This document shows positions 62,001-64,000 of a stretch of DNA of 64,000 bases, piece by piece; positions within the stretch are counted from its first letter, which is position 1, and every line of letters begins with the position of its first letter. A program made the translations under genes and the position numbers. The notes beneath the pieces were generated by a model. It ran no database searches. It was given only the letters and a program-made list of their open reading frames with translations, and was not told the origin of the DNA. Where the stretch lies: positions 3,100,363-3,164,362 of the forward strand of contig BFEA01000011.1 of the NCBI GenBank assembly GCA_003427395.1, written 5' to 3'. The DNA is from Chara braunii (Eukaryota; Plantae; Charophyceae).

Positions 62001-63881
62001 TACCAGAATGCATCACTCGGACATAAGGGCAAGAGGTGAGGCCAGGAGAGATCGTAGACTGTAAAACTTTTTTTGACTAACCTATTGAAAATATGGCGAG
62101 AGATGCTCTTACCGGATAAGGCAATTCCTAAAAGATTCGAGGAAGTCTTACGACAACCTCTTTTTGGTAACAGATGGATTAGTGACCATAGTGGTAGAGT
62201 CTTTATAAGCTCGGAGTCCCCTTGGTCCATTTGGGTTAAGAATGGAGTAACAAGAATTAAGGATCTGTGAGACCCGGTGAATAAAACTTGGAAGAATGCA
62301 GAAGAACTTAGAAAAGGGATTAAGTATGCACACAACCTAATGAATAATTTAGAAGAAATCACTTCATCTATTCCCGTGACTTGGACAATGTTGCTTAAAA
62401 ATGATCCGGTTTTTCGAACAGCAGACTGGGTGAGTATAAATAATCAGGATGGAGCCAAGTCAATAAGAAAAATCATGGATGTACACGAAGAAGGTGCCCA
62501 GGTCAATATTTTTAAGATCCAAAAAGATAATAAAATTTCTAATAAGGATGTAGACACGGTCATCTTCTCAATTTTTGAAGATATATTTAGGATAAGAGTC
62601 ATATACTGTACGGAAGCAAAATGATGGAAAATGTTATTACCTCAGTGTCCCATACCGGAGCTTCCCTTAGATCCAGCTGAATGGTTATGGCGGCGAAACA
62701 AAAGAAACAAACCTCTAGGAATAAAATCCTTGAGTGTAAAGGCTTCTTATAGGCTACTTCGCCCTAAAATAGAGGTTTTAGAAATGTTATAGGATCGATG
62801 GTATAGACATCTAAACATAAACAAGGATCTGGTCAAACATGTGAAGTGGTGCAAAGGCCTCAAAGAAAGACCATCCAAGTTTGCATCCCTACGATGACAA
62901 ATAATACACAGATGTCTACTCACTAATGATTGGTTAATAGATCAATTTTCTCTTGAACAAAAGGGTAAGGTAGTACCATGGTGCAGATCATGTGTTCAAG
63001 CCTTCCCAAGTAGAAAGATCAGAGAAACAATTGAGCATATTTTCCTACAATGCCAAGACACTGTTTTACTTTGGAGATTATTGGATTATGTATGAAGAAG
63101 ACTGACAGGCCTAGACTCACCATGAGAATGGAGGGCTATTCTCCTTGGACACTGGAATCCTGCATTGATTGAGTTGTCTGATTTTCAACAGAACTTATTC
63201 CATTTAAGTAGGAAAGCGGTGCTTTGGGCGTTGTGGCACAAGAGATATATAAGCACCATTGAAAGAGTCTTAATTGGAAAACAAGAGGTGGTAGATATAA
63301 TTCAACAATTTGTTTAATCTGAAATAAGATTTCAATGAGAAAAGACGAAAATTAAAATTATTGAATATAAACAAAAAAAAGATATCGCACAAAGAATCTC
63401 GAAATTCTATTTGGAATGGTTAGGGGATGCATCAGGGGAAAAACTGGGGAAGGTAGTTTGACCAGGAGGGGAAGGGGATCAGGTGACCTTCAAGCGAGAT
63501 TATCAGATCACCTTTCACAATTGGATTGATATCCAGCCAGGAGCTTCCTTGAGATCACCTGAGTTTTTCTCTGACCCTTTTCCCCCCTCTGCACTAGCGC
63601 TAGTGGATCTAGGATGGTTTGGGGGAGAAGAGGAAGGATAGGCGATTTTTTTTTACATAGATAAGAGATGATGGAAATAGATGCTAGGTTAATCACTTTG
63701 TTCTGGCGGTCAGTATGTATGACTGAAGAGGCATCTGGTGTTCTATGACTAGAACAACTCATTACTTGGAGATGGGATTTTTGTATTGATTCTATGTTCA
63801 TTCAAGTTATATGTAAGGGACGCTGGACCCGTTTTCCAGCAGGTGCTGCTCCCCACCAATAGATCGGAGCTTTAAAAAAAA
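59040..63881 (+). mobile_element. L1/Tx1-like LINE, near-complete ORF2 (APE endonuclease, RT, zf-RVT), 3' UTR and poly(A); inactivated
   Basis: SLNVNGL, CIQETH, NVYGPN, MAGDFN, RIDL, DH (endonuclease); PRIDDLPKEF, IDFEKAYDHV, VRQGDPLAPFLF, MFADDL (RT); WCRSC..ETIEHIFLQC; many in-frame stops; A-tail 63874-63881. Confidence 0.9.
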
Positions 63882-63924
63882 CAAGTGGACCCGTTGCCGT
63901 GGCGCACAGCAACACTCGCTGATA

Positions 63925-63987
<63 letters not shown>

Positions 63988-64000
63988 CCTCGCCAGTCGC

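Overview
Repeat-rich eukaryotic genomic DNA with GT-AG introns, many microsatellites and three N gaps. The gene and retroelement styles suggest a streptophyte alga such as Charales, but that is inference. Bases 91-30075 (+) carry the last 14 coding exons of a plant-type EFR3 / SEMI-ROLLED LEAF 2-like ARM-repeat gene. I spliced these by hand into one open frame ending in the family hallmark [18 protein letters not shown]; the 5' exons lie upstream of the window. The introns hold TA-flanked hairpin MITEs, LINE relics, local tandem duplications and a tandem hammerhead-ribozyme-like motif. The distal half contains a probable decayed METTL22-like pseudogene and several L1/Tx1-like LINE relics (one ORF1 relic; ORF2 copies with APE endonuclease, RT and zinc finger). 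It also contains a decayed Ty3/Gypsy element, tRNA-derived SINE heads and a short 25S rRNA fragment with an A-rich tail. A ~2 kb block (about 45412-47430) reads as natural DNA only when complemented without reversal. I cannot support any intact novel multi-gene system; most ORF-track entries are microsatellite, gap or antisense artefacts.
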